Part shown: positions 18,511 to 26,805 of the stretch, in pieces
Layout of the letters: each line of letters opens with the position of its first letter
How positions within the stretch are numbered: the first letter of the stretch is position 1
From: a virus
Taxonomy: Duplodnaviria > Caudoviricetes
Virus record (IMG/VR): IMGVR_UViG_3300032310_000219
Location: 1-29,418 of that record
Reading direction: 5' to 3' (one strand)
DNA length: 29,418 bases
Position numbers and translations under genes: made by a program
Notes under the pieces: generated by a model
Seen by the model: the letters and a program-made list of their open reading frames with translations, nothing else
Database searches by the model: none
What the model was told of the DNA's origin: nothing

Positions 18511-19127
18511 ACTTTCAAGAATTAATGCAACGAATGGTCGATTTAGATCGTCCAGTTACTGAAGAAGATAAAGCAGACAAAGACTACGACGGTGACGGCG
18601 AAGTTGAAAGTGGCAAAGACGAATATATGGGTAGCAGAATGAAGGCTGCGTTTCCTAAAGATAAAAAATCTGAAAAAGAAGTTGACGAAGCATTTATTGA
18701 TGAATGCGGCACAGACATGCCAAGCGGTATGATGGGCATGAGAAATCCTGGCCAACAAGACTCTGTTAACATGAATGTCAGTTTAAATGCAGCTGGTAGT
18801 GGCGGCATCCGCGACTTAATGGGAATACTAAAGAACATTGAAGATGCCGACAGTGATATGGCAGATCCAGAAGTTATTATTAAAAAAATGTCTCACCCAG
18901 GGTTAGACCAACATGACGATGAAGGTCCAGGCAACCCAATTATTGGACAGGAAGAATTAGCTAATGCTCCTGATGAGATGTATCTTCCGCACAACTTCGA
19001 TGCAGGAGCAGATCTAAACAGACCCAAGGCTGCATACCCTGCTGCTCAACGAGGTGATAACCCAATGGCAGTTGAACACATTGCTGAGAGATTAGCCGGC
19101 CTATACGAAAACATAAAAGCGAGATAA
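18507..19127 (+). CDS. Acidic, low-complexity hypothetical protein (possible prohead core/internal protein)
   Basis: Asp/Glu/Met-rich. Contains a DKDYDGDGEVE (DxDxDG-like) loop. ATGA overlap with the upstream gene. Confidence 0.55.
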   Translation: MNFQELMQRMVDLDRPVTEEDKADKDYDGDGEVESGKDEYMGSRMKAAFPKDKKSEKEVDEAFIDECGTDMPSGMMGMRNPGQQDSVNMNVSLNAAGSGGIRDLMGILKNIEDADSDMADPEVIIKKMSHPGLDQHDDEGPGNPIIGQEELANAPDEMYLPHNFDAGADLNRPKAAYPAAQRGDNPMAVEHIAERLAGLYENIKAR

Positions 19128-19160
19128 CCAGTGCAGCTTAGGGCGATTAAGGTCCTGCTC

Positions 19161-19188
19161 AAATAGCCTCTTCGGAGGCTATTTTTTT
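19161..19188 (+). terminator. Intrinsic terminator with UUCG tetraloop
   Basis: AAATAGCCTC-TTCG-GAGGCTATTTTTTT; a C(UUCG)G loop is typical of T4-like phages. Confidence 0.92.
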
Positions 19189-19190
19189 CG

Positions 19191-19197
19191 TTAAATA
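19191..19197 (+). promoter_or_regulatory. Late promoter variant TTAAATA, 5 nt before the TerL ATG
   Basis: Immediately after the terminator, with no SD between the motif and ATG 19203. Confidence 0.55.
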
Positions 19198-19202
19198 ACT
19201 AC

Positions 19203-20798
19203 ATGGCAACAAAAAGTTTAGATGGTGTCCTAACTAAAAAGGCACATACAAAGGAATCGTTTACTGAAAATTATATTCAGGATCTGTCAGCATGTTCGAT
19301 GGATTCTGGGTATCATTATTTTTGTAAAAACTTTTTCTACATACAACATCCAGTTAAAGGCAAAATGCTATTTAAGCCGTTTGAGTTTCAAACAAGACTG
19401 TTAGATGCATATCACGGACATCGATTTAATATAAACATGTTACCTCGACAGATGGGCAAGACCACCTGTGCCGCCGGTTATTTACTATGGTATGCAATGT
19501 TTCATCCTGATCAAACTGTATTAATTTCAGCGCACAAATATACAGGTTCGCAAGAAATTATGCAACGTATACGTTATGCTTACGAGTTATGCCCGGATTA
19601 CATACGATGCGGTGTTGTTAACTACAATAAAGGTAGTATAGAATTTGATAACGGGTCACGCATTGTTTCTACTACAACTACGGGCAACACAGGTCGTGGT
19701 ATGTCTATTTCGTTGTTATACTGCGATGAGTTTGCATTTGTACCGCCTAACATTGCTGATGAATTTTGGACTTCAATCTCTCCTACATTAGCCACTGGTG
19801 GTAAAGCTATTATTACCTCAACACCTAACAGTGACGAAGATACATTTGCTATTATCTGGAAAGAAGCTAATAAAAAGTTTGACGAGTTTGGCAACGAACA
19901 AATTGTCGGAATTAACGGATTTTTTCCGTTTACTTGTGCATGGAGCGAGCACCCTGATCGTGACGAAGTATGGGAAAAAACTGAACGTGGCAGAATTGGT
20001 GAGGAACGATTCCGTCGAGAATATAACTGCGAATTCTTAGTCTACGACGAAACACTAATTAACAGTATTTGTCTTGCTGGCTTAGAAGGAAAAGAACCCG
20101 TTAGCAGAATGGGACAAACACGTTGGTACAAATCTATAAACAAAGAATCTATATATGTAGTAACTCTTGATCCCAGTCTTGGCACTGGCGGTAACTCTGC
20201 GGCTATTGAAGTATTCGAATTACCCAGCTTTACTCAAGTAGCAGAGTGGCAACATAATCTAACACCAATACAAGGTCAAATTAAAGTCCTTAAAGATATT
20301 TTAAAATATATTGGAGAAGAATTAGGTGACGGAGTTTCGAACAGTCTTTATTGGTCTATTGAAAACAACACAGTTGGCGAAGCAGGATTAGTGTGTATTA
20401 AAGATATAGGCGAAGAGAATTTTAATGGTTTGTTTGTCAGCGAGCCAGTGCGCAAAGGGCATGTGCGAAAATTCCGTAAAGGATTTAATACTACCCATGG
20501 AACAAAAATTGCAGCCAGTGCCAGGCTAAAATACTTAATTGAAAGTGGAAAAATGAAGATAAACTCTAAGCCGCTAATATCCGAATTAAAAACTTTTATA
20601 GCTACCGGATTAACATTTAAAGCAAAATCAGGCGAACAAGACGATTTAGTTAGCGCATTACTACTAACTGTTCGATTAAGCCAAGTATTAGCAGACTGGG
20701 ATGTTAGGGTGTTTGATACTATTACAACAGGCGATGCATTTAGTGACGACGATTGGGAAATGCCAATGCCTATCTTTATTTCGTCTAATTTAGGATAA
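19203..20798 (+). CDS. terL: Terminase large subunit (T4 gp17-like)
   Basis: Walker A 'PRQMGKTT', Walker B 'LLYCDEFAFV', motif C 'ITSTPN', RNase H-like nuclease 'VTLDPSLG...DDLV'. Confidence 0.95.
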   Translation: MATKSLDGVLTKKAHTKESFTENYIQDLSACSMDSGYHYFCKNFFYIQHPVKGKMLFKPFEFQTRLLDAYHGHRFNINMLPRQMGKTTCAAGYLLWYAMFHPDQTVLISAHKYTGSQEIMQRIRYAYELCPDYIRCGVVNYNKGSIEFDNGSRIVSTTTTGNTGRGMSISLLYCDEFAFVPPNIADEFWTSISPTLATGGKAIITSTPNSDEDTFAIIWKEANKKFDEFGNEQIVGINGFFPFTCAWSEHPDRDEVWEKTERGRIGEERFRREYNCEFLVYDETLINSICLAGLEGKEPVSRMGQTRWYKSINKESIYVVTLDPSLGTGGNSAAIEVFELPSFTQVAEWQHNLTPIQGQIKVLKDILKYIGEELGDGVSNSLYWSIENNTVGEAGLVCIKDIGEENFNGLFVSEPVRKGHVRKFRKGFNTTHGTKIAASARLKYLIESGKMKINSKPLISELKTFIATGLTFKAKSGEQDDLVSALLLTVRLSQVLADWDVRVFDTITTGDAFSDDDWEMPMPIFISSNLG

Positions 20799-20806
20799 AT
20801 ATTAAT

Positions 20807-22777
20807 ATGGATAAAAATCTCAACAACATTGCTGAAGAACTATTTGGTAAACTACGCACACAATTTCCTAAAGTACAAATGGGGGATGAAGAAAGCAACG
20901 TAACCGATGAAGAAAAAACTGCGCGAGTATTTAAATTTGAATATACCAGCGACAAAGCTATTCTTGGCAACGTTAATGTAAGTATTTCAGATGATGACGG
21001 TTTAGTTGTTATCTACTCTAACGATATCGTTGAAGGTCAAGACGAATATGTTAAGAATAAATTCTTTAATTTTTTACAAGAACTTAGAGAATTTGCTAAA
21101 CAACGTTTTATGAATTTTGACACACGAGATATTTCTAAAAGTAATTTAGAAAAACGAGATTACGAATACATGGCAAACAAACACGGAGAAGGCACGATGT
21201 CTGAAAGTAAATTATTTGGAACCAGCAGAACCAGCTATCAACAACTTGGTGATGCTAAACTTATTGTGAAGCACAGTGCTCCAGTAAATTTTGAAAATCC
21301 AGCAGGCCGCGCACAGCGCATTGAAAGCATCTATATTGAAAATGCTCAAGGCGAACGATTTAAATATCCTTTCAAACACTTAAACGGTGCAAGAGCATTG
21401 GCTACCCATGTGGCGCACGGCGGTAATCCGTACGATTCCATCGGTGGATATGTTATTGGTCTAAGTGAAGAATTAAACAATTTAAGAATGTTTAAAAGCT
21501 ATGTAGATCGTAATCCTGTAGTAAGTGAAGCTATGGGCAGTATTCAAAGTAAAGTGCTTGAAAGAATCGACAGTGTTAAAAAAGAAATACACAATTTGCA
21601 AAACTCTGCCCGATACTCAGCATTTGCTGAATCATTTGAGGAAAGTCAATCTGCCGATATTCCCGAAGACATAATGAACGATTGGATTGATCGTTTAACT
21701 ATTCGCACATTTAACGAAGAACTTAAAAACGTATTCCCGTATATTTTTAAACTTATAGACGAGAGTGATATTCCTGTTAAAGATCTTACTATAGAAGACT
21801 TAGTCACAGAAGAAGAATGTAAAGTATGTGGTATGGATCCTTGCGATTGTGATCATGCTGAGACTAAAGAAGTTAAAGAATTTGCAGACTACGAAAGACA
21901 GTTAAGTAGAATTCTTGGCGAGCGCACAGACATTTTTAGCGATCAAGAAGAAAGCAAACAAGCTGCCATTGATAAACTAAATCAGTTAGTAGCACAGCCA
22001 ATGCCTGTAGGTACTGATGGCAACAATGCAACAGAAAGCCTAACTGACGTTATCGATGACGACGAACTCATGGATGTATTTAGAGAACTTGCTGATGTTA
22101 ATCCAGAGCAAGATGTACGTTCACTTATAAAAGATTATATTGAAATTAAAGATAAAGAAAACGGCACAGACGTTTTATCGGCAATACAATTTCCAAATGA
22201 CTTAGATGCAGAAGCGCCCGAAGTTCCTGCAGAGCCAGCAGCCGAAGTCCCTGCAGAAGCACCTCCAGTTGATCCGGCAGCAGTACCTGCGGCTCCTGCT
22301 CCAGTAGCTGAAGAAAAAGAAGATCCACCGTTTGATGGTCCTTACAAAAAGCCAGGCGACAATAAAGACAAGTTTGGCAATACTGTCAAAAATCCTGCAC
22401 GTCACGCTGCCAAGAAAGGCATGGCCGCTGCCATTGCCAAAGCAAAGAAAGCTGGCGCAACCGCAGAAACACTTATTCGTATTGGTGGTGAAGAAATAAC
22501 ATTAGGCGAAGCAATTACCAAAGCAGGTATGAAAGTTGAAGATATTTTTGGTAATAAAAAAGAAGCTGCTGCCAATGAACTTATCGAATTTGTTAAATCA
22601 ATGTTTAACAGAGAAGAAGGAACGTTTCCAAAAGGTGAGACAGGTGTACTAATTGCCTGTGAGAAAAAGTTTGGCGAAGGCTCTGTTCCTGTAGCACAAC
22701 AAATAATTGAAAAATTACAAGGTGCAGTTGAATCTCAAAGAATTAGAGAACTTGCCGGAATAATACAGCAAAGGTAA
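20807..22777 (+). CDS. Large acidic hypothetical protein (probable virion/head protein)
   Basis: 656-aa ORF preceded by ATAAATA (20795-20801). Has a Cys cluster, a Pro/Ala linker and C-terminal 'RIRELAGI'. Confidence 0.6.
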   Translation: MDKNLNNIAEELFGKLRTQFPKVQMGDEESNVTDEEKTARVFKFEYTSDKAILGNVNVSISDDDGLVVIYSNDIVEGQDEYVKNKFFNFLQELREFAKQRFMNFDTRDISKSNLEKRDYEYMANKHGEGTMSESKLFGTSRTSYQQLGDAKLIVKHSAPVNFENPAGRAQRIESIYIENAQGERFKYPFKHLNGARALATHVAHGGNPYDSIGGYVIGLSEELNNLRMFKSYVDRNPVVSEAMGSIQSKVLERIDSVKKEIHNLQNSARYSAFAESFEESQSADIPEDIMNDWIDRLTIRTFNEELKNVFPYIFKLIDESDIPVKDLTIEDLVTEEECKVCGMDPCDCDHAETKEVKEFADYERQLSRILGERTDIFSDQEESKQAAIDKLNQLVAQPMPVGTDGNNATESLTDVIDDDELMDVFRELADVNPEQDVRSLIKDYIEIKDKENGTDVLSAIQFPNDLDAEAPEVPAEPAAEVPAEAPPVDPAAVPAAPAPVAEEKEDPPFDGPYKKPGDNKDKFGNTVKNPARHAAKKGMAAAIAKAKKAGATAETLIRIGGEEITLGEAITKAGMKVEDIFGNKKEAAANELIEFVKSMFNREEGTFPKGETGVLIACEKKFGEGSVPVAQQIIEKLQGAVESQRIRELAGIIQQR

Positions 22778-22780
22778 TAT

Positions 22781-23860
22781 ATGGCCCTTAATTGTAAGGA
22801 GCCATTTTATAACATAGAAATATCCGTTACTGGTGATGTATTTCTATGCTGTCAAACATGGCATCCTAAGGTTATTGGAAACCTTTTTAACAATAGTCTT
22901 GAAGAAATATGGCTCGGAGACGAGGCTCGTAAAGTTCGAGAATCAATTATTGATCAATCATATACATATTGCAATTTAGATATATGCCCGTCTTGGATTG
23001 ATAAGACTATACCTACTGATAAATTAATTAATGACGATCTTCCTGGTTGGGAAGTTTCAACCCCAACACAAGTTAACTTGGTTAAATTTAGATTACCCAC
23101 ATTGGTTAAGTTTAGTTTTGACCCCAGTTGCAATCTACAGTGCCCGTCGTGCCGAGTTGTAAAAACTCAATACTACCCAACTGATTGGACGTACGAAAGA
23201 GCAAATACCATACTTGATCAAATAAAGTCAGCCTACTTATCTCAACCAACTGACGCCGTGTTTAACTTTACAATTACCGGCAGCGGTGATGCAATTGGTA
23301 GTCACTTGTTTAGGACATTTTTAACCACGCTTGATGGTTCGCTCTATCCTAATATGGGAATTAATATATTAACTAATGGAGTTATGCTAACAGAAAAAGT
23401 TATAGATCAGTTAGGCAATATTCATGCAAATATAAAAGATATTGCCATTAGTATAGATGCTGCCACTGCTGACACATACAACCGTGTAAGAAAAGGTGGC
23501 GACTTTAATCAGCTAATGAAAAATATCGAATATTTAAATCAATGTCCAACATTAAGTCGTGCAAATTTAAAATATACATTTGTAGTTCAACAAGATAATT
23601 TTAGAGAAATGAAATTGTTCACTGAACAATTATTAAAATATCCAAGATCGCAAATACGATTTACACGAATGGTACAGTTTGGCACCCAACTAAAAAAACA
23701 TTTCAATTCGCAGAATTTATGGGATTCTAACCATAAAGATCATACTGAATTTTTTGAATACATAAACCAATCTTGGATAAATCATCCTCGAGTAAACTGG
23801 TCAAATATCCAGCAAAAGCCAACAATGCAAACTTTACAGTTTCGGCGAAATATAAATTAA
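22781..23860 (+). CDS. Radical SAM protein with N-terminal SPASM/twitch-like Fe-S domain
   Basis: CxxxCxxC 'CNLQCPSC', 'TGSGDA' (GGE-like), 'ILTNG', 'ISIDAAT..TY..VRKGG.F'. N-terminal 'C..PF..IEI...GDVFLCC...IGNL...SLEEIW...C...C'. Confidence 0.88.
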   Translation: MALNCKEPFYNIEISVTGDVFLCCQTWHPKVIGNLFNNSLEEIWLGDEARKVRESIIDQSYTYCNLDICPSWIDKTIPTDKLINDDLPGWEVSTPTQVNLVKFRLPTLVKFSFDPSCNLQCPSCRVVKTQYYPTDWTYERANTILDQIKSAYLSQPTDAVFNFTITGSGDAIGSHLFRTFLTTLDGSLYPNMGINILTNGVMLTEKVIDQLGNIHANIKDIAISIDAATADTYNRVRKGGDFNQLMKNIEYLNQCPTLSRANLKYTFVVQQDNFREMKLFTEQLLKYPRSQIRFTRMVQFGTQLKKHFNSQNLWDSNHKDHTEFFEYINQSWINHPRVNWSNIQQKPTMQTLQFRRNIN

Positions 23861-23877
23861 ATTTTGCAGGATATCTC

Positions 23878-23906
23878 TTGCAATGATAAATAAAAGTGTG
23901 TACAAT
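23878..23906 (+). promoter_or_regulatory. Composite sigma70 plus late promoter for the SSB/recombination operon
   Basis: TTGCAA (23878-83), 17-bp spacer, TACAAT (23901-06). ATAAATA (23886-92) is embedded in the spacer. Confidence 0.7.
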
Positions 23907-23930
23907 AACATGTATGCACTTTTTTGTTTT
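23892..23930 (+). terminator. Hairpin plus U-tract overlapping the promoter (terminator/attenuator)
   Basis: AAAAGTGTGTACA-ATAACA-TGTATGCACTTTT forms a 13-bp RNA stem with two G.U pairs, followed by T-rich sequence. Confidence 0.5.
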
Positions 23931-23995
23931 ACAATAATGTGAAACAGAATACAGGCAAACTTAAATTAAACATAGGCTATTACAGGAGAAAAACT

Positions 23996-24976
23996 ATGGC
24001 ATCTTTAGCAGAAATCAGAGCAAAGCTCAAAGAACAGGAATCACGCGGTTCCGACAACAACCAACGTTCCGGTGGTGATAATTCAATTTACCCATTTTGG
24101 AATCTCAAAGAAGGACAAGAAGCAGTTGTCCGATTTTTACCCGACGGTGACACAGATAATACATTTTTCTGGATCGAACGTCAAATCATCAAACTACCAT
24201 TTGCTGGCATTAAAGGCAGCACTGAATCCAAACAAGTACAAGTTCAAGTCCCTTGCATGGAAATGTATGGCGGCACTTGTCCAATTCTTGCAGAAGTTCG
24301 TGCATGGTTTAAAGATCCTGCACTTGAAGATATGGGTCGTAAGTATTGGAAAAAGCGTAGTTACATTTTCCAAGGATTCGTTGTAGAAGACGGTCTGAAA
24401 GAAGATAACAAAGCGGCAAACCCAGTTCGTAGATTTATTATCGGACCTCAGGTGTTTCAATTGATCCGCGGTGCATTGCTTGATCCCGAAATGGACAATT
24501 TGCCTACTGATTTAGTAGCAGGTGTTGATTTTAAATTGATCAAAACAAGCAAAGGTGGTTATGCAGATTATTCTACTTCTAAATGGAGTCGTCGTGAACG
24601 ACCAATTAGCAATGATGAACAAGATGCCCTTAAAGAGCATGGACTGTATAACCTAAAAGACTTCTTGCCTAAGAAGCCAGGTGATGTAGAACTTAAAGTT
24701 ATTAAAGAGATGTTCGAAGCATCAGTTGACGGCGAACCATACGACATGGAACGTTGGGGACAATACTTTAAGCCAGCGGGTATGAGTCAGCAAACAGGCG
24801 ATCCTATTGCTAAAAGTAACAAACCTGTTGTAAGCGACGAAGAATACGACGAACCAGCAATGGCTGCGCCAGCGGCGCCGGCAGCTGAATCAAAACAAGA
24901 AGATGCCAAAGCTGGCACTACCTCAGGTAGCCGAGCTGAAGACATTCTTGCTATGATTCGTAATCGTAACAAATAA
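23996..24976 (+). CDS. gp32: Single-stranded DNA-binding protein (T4 gp32-like)
   Basis: True start is ATG 23996 (MASLAEIRAKL) with SD CAGGAG. Motifs 'VRFLPD', 'CMEMYGGTCPI', 'G.DFKLIK...GYADYS.SKW', and an acidic/Ala-rich tail. Confidence 0.9.
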   Translation: MASLAEIRAKLKEQESRGSDNNQRSGGDNSIYPFWNLKEGQEAVVRFLPDGDTDNTFFWIERQIIKLPFAGIKGSTESKQVQVQVPCMEMYGGTCPILAEVRAWFKDPALEDMGRKYWKKRSYIFQGFVVEDGLKEDNKAANPVRRFIIGPQVFQLIRGALLDPEMDNLPTDLVAGVDFKLIKTSKGGYADYSTSKWSRRERPISNDEQDALKEHGLYNLKDFLPKKPGDVELKVIKEMFEASVDGEPYDMERWGQYFKPAGMSQQTGDPIAKSNKPVVSDEEYDEPAMAAPAAPAAESKQEDAKAGTTSGSRAEDILAMIRNRNK

Positions 24977-25033
24977 AAAGCTAAAAACGACGAGGGCCTT
25001 GCGCCCTCCTCGTCATCATTCAGGAACATAACT

Positions 25034-26104
25034 ATGGCAACAAAAGCATTCGACTTATCTAAATTTCGCAAAACTCTTACAAAGAGTATTGACGGCCTGG
25101 GTGTAGGTTTTAACGATCCTACAGACTGGGTTAGTACAGGAAATTACACACTAAATTATTTGATTAGTGGTGATTTTCACAAAGGAGTACCACTCGGCAA
25201 AGTTACTGTATTTGCCGGTGAATCAGGTGCTGGCAAATCGTATATTTGCTCCGGCAACTTAATTCGCAACGCACAAGAACAAGGGATTTATGTAATCCTT
25301 GTTGACAGTGAAAACGCACTTGACGAAAAATGGCTCAAGGCATTGGGTGTTGACACATCCGACAATAAATTGTTAAAACTTAACATGGCTATGATTGACG
25401 ATGTGGCTCGCACTATCTCTGAGTTCATGAAAGAATACAAAACAATGGATGAAGCAACTCGTCCTAAAGTATTGTTTGTAATTGATTCACTCGGTATGTT
25501 GTTAACACCTACAGACGTTAATCAGTTTGAAGCAGGCGAAATGAAAGGTGACATGGGTCGTAAGCCTAAGGCACTTACATCATTAGTTCGCAACTCTGTT
25601 AACATGTTTGGTAGTTATAATGTTGGATTAGTTTGTACTAATCACACATACGCAAGCCAGGATATGTTTGATCCAGATGACAAAATCTCAGGCGGTCAGG
25701 GTTTCATTTATGCAAGTAGTATTGTTATTGCTATGCGTAAATTAAAATTAAAAACAGATGCTGATGGTAATAAAACTTCTGCAATTCACGGTATTCGAGC
25801 AGCCTGTAAGGTTATGAAAACTCGTTATGCAAAACCGTTCGAGTCAGTTCAAGTTGAGATTCCTTATGAAACAGGTATGAGCCCATATAGCGGTCTTGTT
25901 GACTTGTTTGAAGAAAAAGGTTTCCTTGTAAAAGACGGTAACAGACTTAAATACGTGGGATCCGATGGCACTGAACTTAAGATGTACCGTAAAGAATGGG
26001 AACGTAACGAGAACAGTGTGTTGGATAAAGTTATGGTAGACTTTGCTGCCAACCCTGTAGTAAAATCTACCATTGATACAGAAACTGGAGAAATCTTATC
26101 ATGA
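25034..26104 (+). CDS. uvsX: RecA-like recombinase UvsX
   Basis: Walker A 'GESGAGKS', 'VDSENALD', Walker B 'FVIDSLG', 'TNHTY', 'SGGQG..YASS'. Confidence 0.93.
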   Translation: MATKAFDLSKFRKTLTKSIDGLGVGFNDPTDWVSTGNYTLNYLISGDFHKGVPLGKVTVFAGESGAGKSYICSGNLIRNAQEQGIYVILVDSENALDEKWLKALGVDTSDNKLLKLNMAMIDDVARTISEFMKEYKTMDEATRPKVLFVIDSLGMLLTPTDVNQFEAGEMKGDMGRKPKALTSLVRNSVNMFGSYNVGLVCTNHTYASQDMFDPDDKISGGQGFIYASSIVIAMRKLKLKTDADGNKTSAIHGIRAACKVMKTRYAKPFESVQVEIPYETGMSPYSGLVDLFEEKGFLVKDGNRLKYVGSDGTELKMYRKEWERNENSVLDKVMVDFAANPVVKSTIDTETGEILS

Positions 26105-26349
26105 ATGAAAATCAAATTGCTGACATCTGGATGTTATTTAAAGAATACGTTGATAAAAAAACTTACGAAGCTCTGGCTGAGCGATATGTTGACTTACTTG
26201 CCGACCACGGTATTAGTGACAAAACAATCCAATCAGCTATTGGGTTTGATGAAACATTAGACAATGCAGTTGAGTATTATCTTGACCAAGACAGTGAAGA
26301 AAGTCTGGATGAAGAAGATAATTGGGATTTTGATGAAGATGAGGATTAA
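26101..26349 (+). CDS. Small acidic hypothetical protein
   Basis: 82-aa ORF coupled to uvsX (ATGA), with a highly acidic C-terminus. Confidence 0.7.
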   Translation: MNENQIADIWMLFKEYVDKKTYEALAERYVDLLADHGISDKTIQSAIGFDETLDNAVEYYLDQDSEESLDEEDNWDFDEDED

Positions 26350-26805
26350 ATGAGTTGGTACTCAAAAGTCTCTAAGGATATTTCGAATATTCCGGATGCC
26401 GTGGCATATTATGAAGCCGAATTGTTGGCTGCAAAGACAGATGCTCGCATAGCGGGAAATATAGAAAAGGCCGCAGCCAATATGCCTGGCATTGTGGAAC
26501 AAAGATTTTCTCAACTACAAGAAATTGAGGCAATTTTGGAATATTTAAATATTGAACTTCGAAGATTAAAAAGTTCAATGTTTAGAAAATACCTTGAGAC
26601 GTATCAACGAGCACTCTCTTCGAGAGATTGTGAAAAGTTTGTCGAGGGCGAGGCAGATGTAGTTGACTATGAAAAAATTATCAACGAATTTGCCCTACTT
26701 CGTAATAAATGGTTAGGTATTATTAAATCGCTGGATATAAAACAGTGGCAATTGAGTAATATTATTAAACTACGTGTTGCAGGCATGGAAGATGCAAGCC
26801 TATGA
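26350..26805 (+). CDS. uvsY: Recombination mediator UvsY
   Basis: Helical 151-aa protein with 'KFVEGEADVV...LGIIKSLDIKQWQLSNIIKLR.AG' pattern. Lies between uvsX and uvsW. Confidence 0.8.
   Translation: MSWYSKVSKDISNIPDAVAYYEAELLAAKTDARIAGNIEKAAANMPGIVEQRFSQLQEIEAILEYLNIELRRLKSSMFRKYLETYQRALSSRDCEKFVEGEADVVDYEKIINEFALLRNKWLGIIKSLDIKQWQLSNIIKLRVAGMEDASL

Noticed and set aside
22205-22310. Nucleotide repeats (CCTGCAGA..., GAAGT.CCTGC) as a repeat array
   Set aside because: They are explained by the Pro/Ala/Glu low-complexity protein linker. There is no CRISPR-like repeat-spacer structure.
23924-23995. ORF-track N-terminal extension of SSB
   Set aside because: TTG start with no RBS. ATG 23996 has a strong SD and a typical N-terminus.
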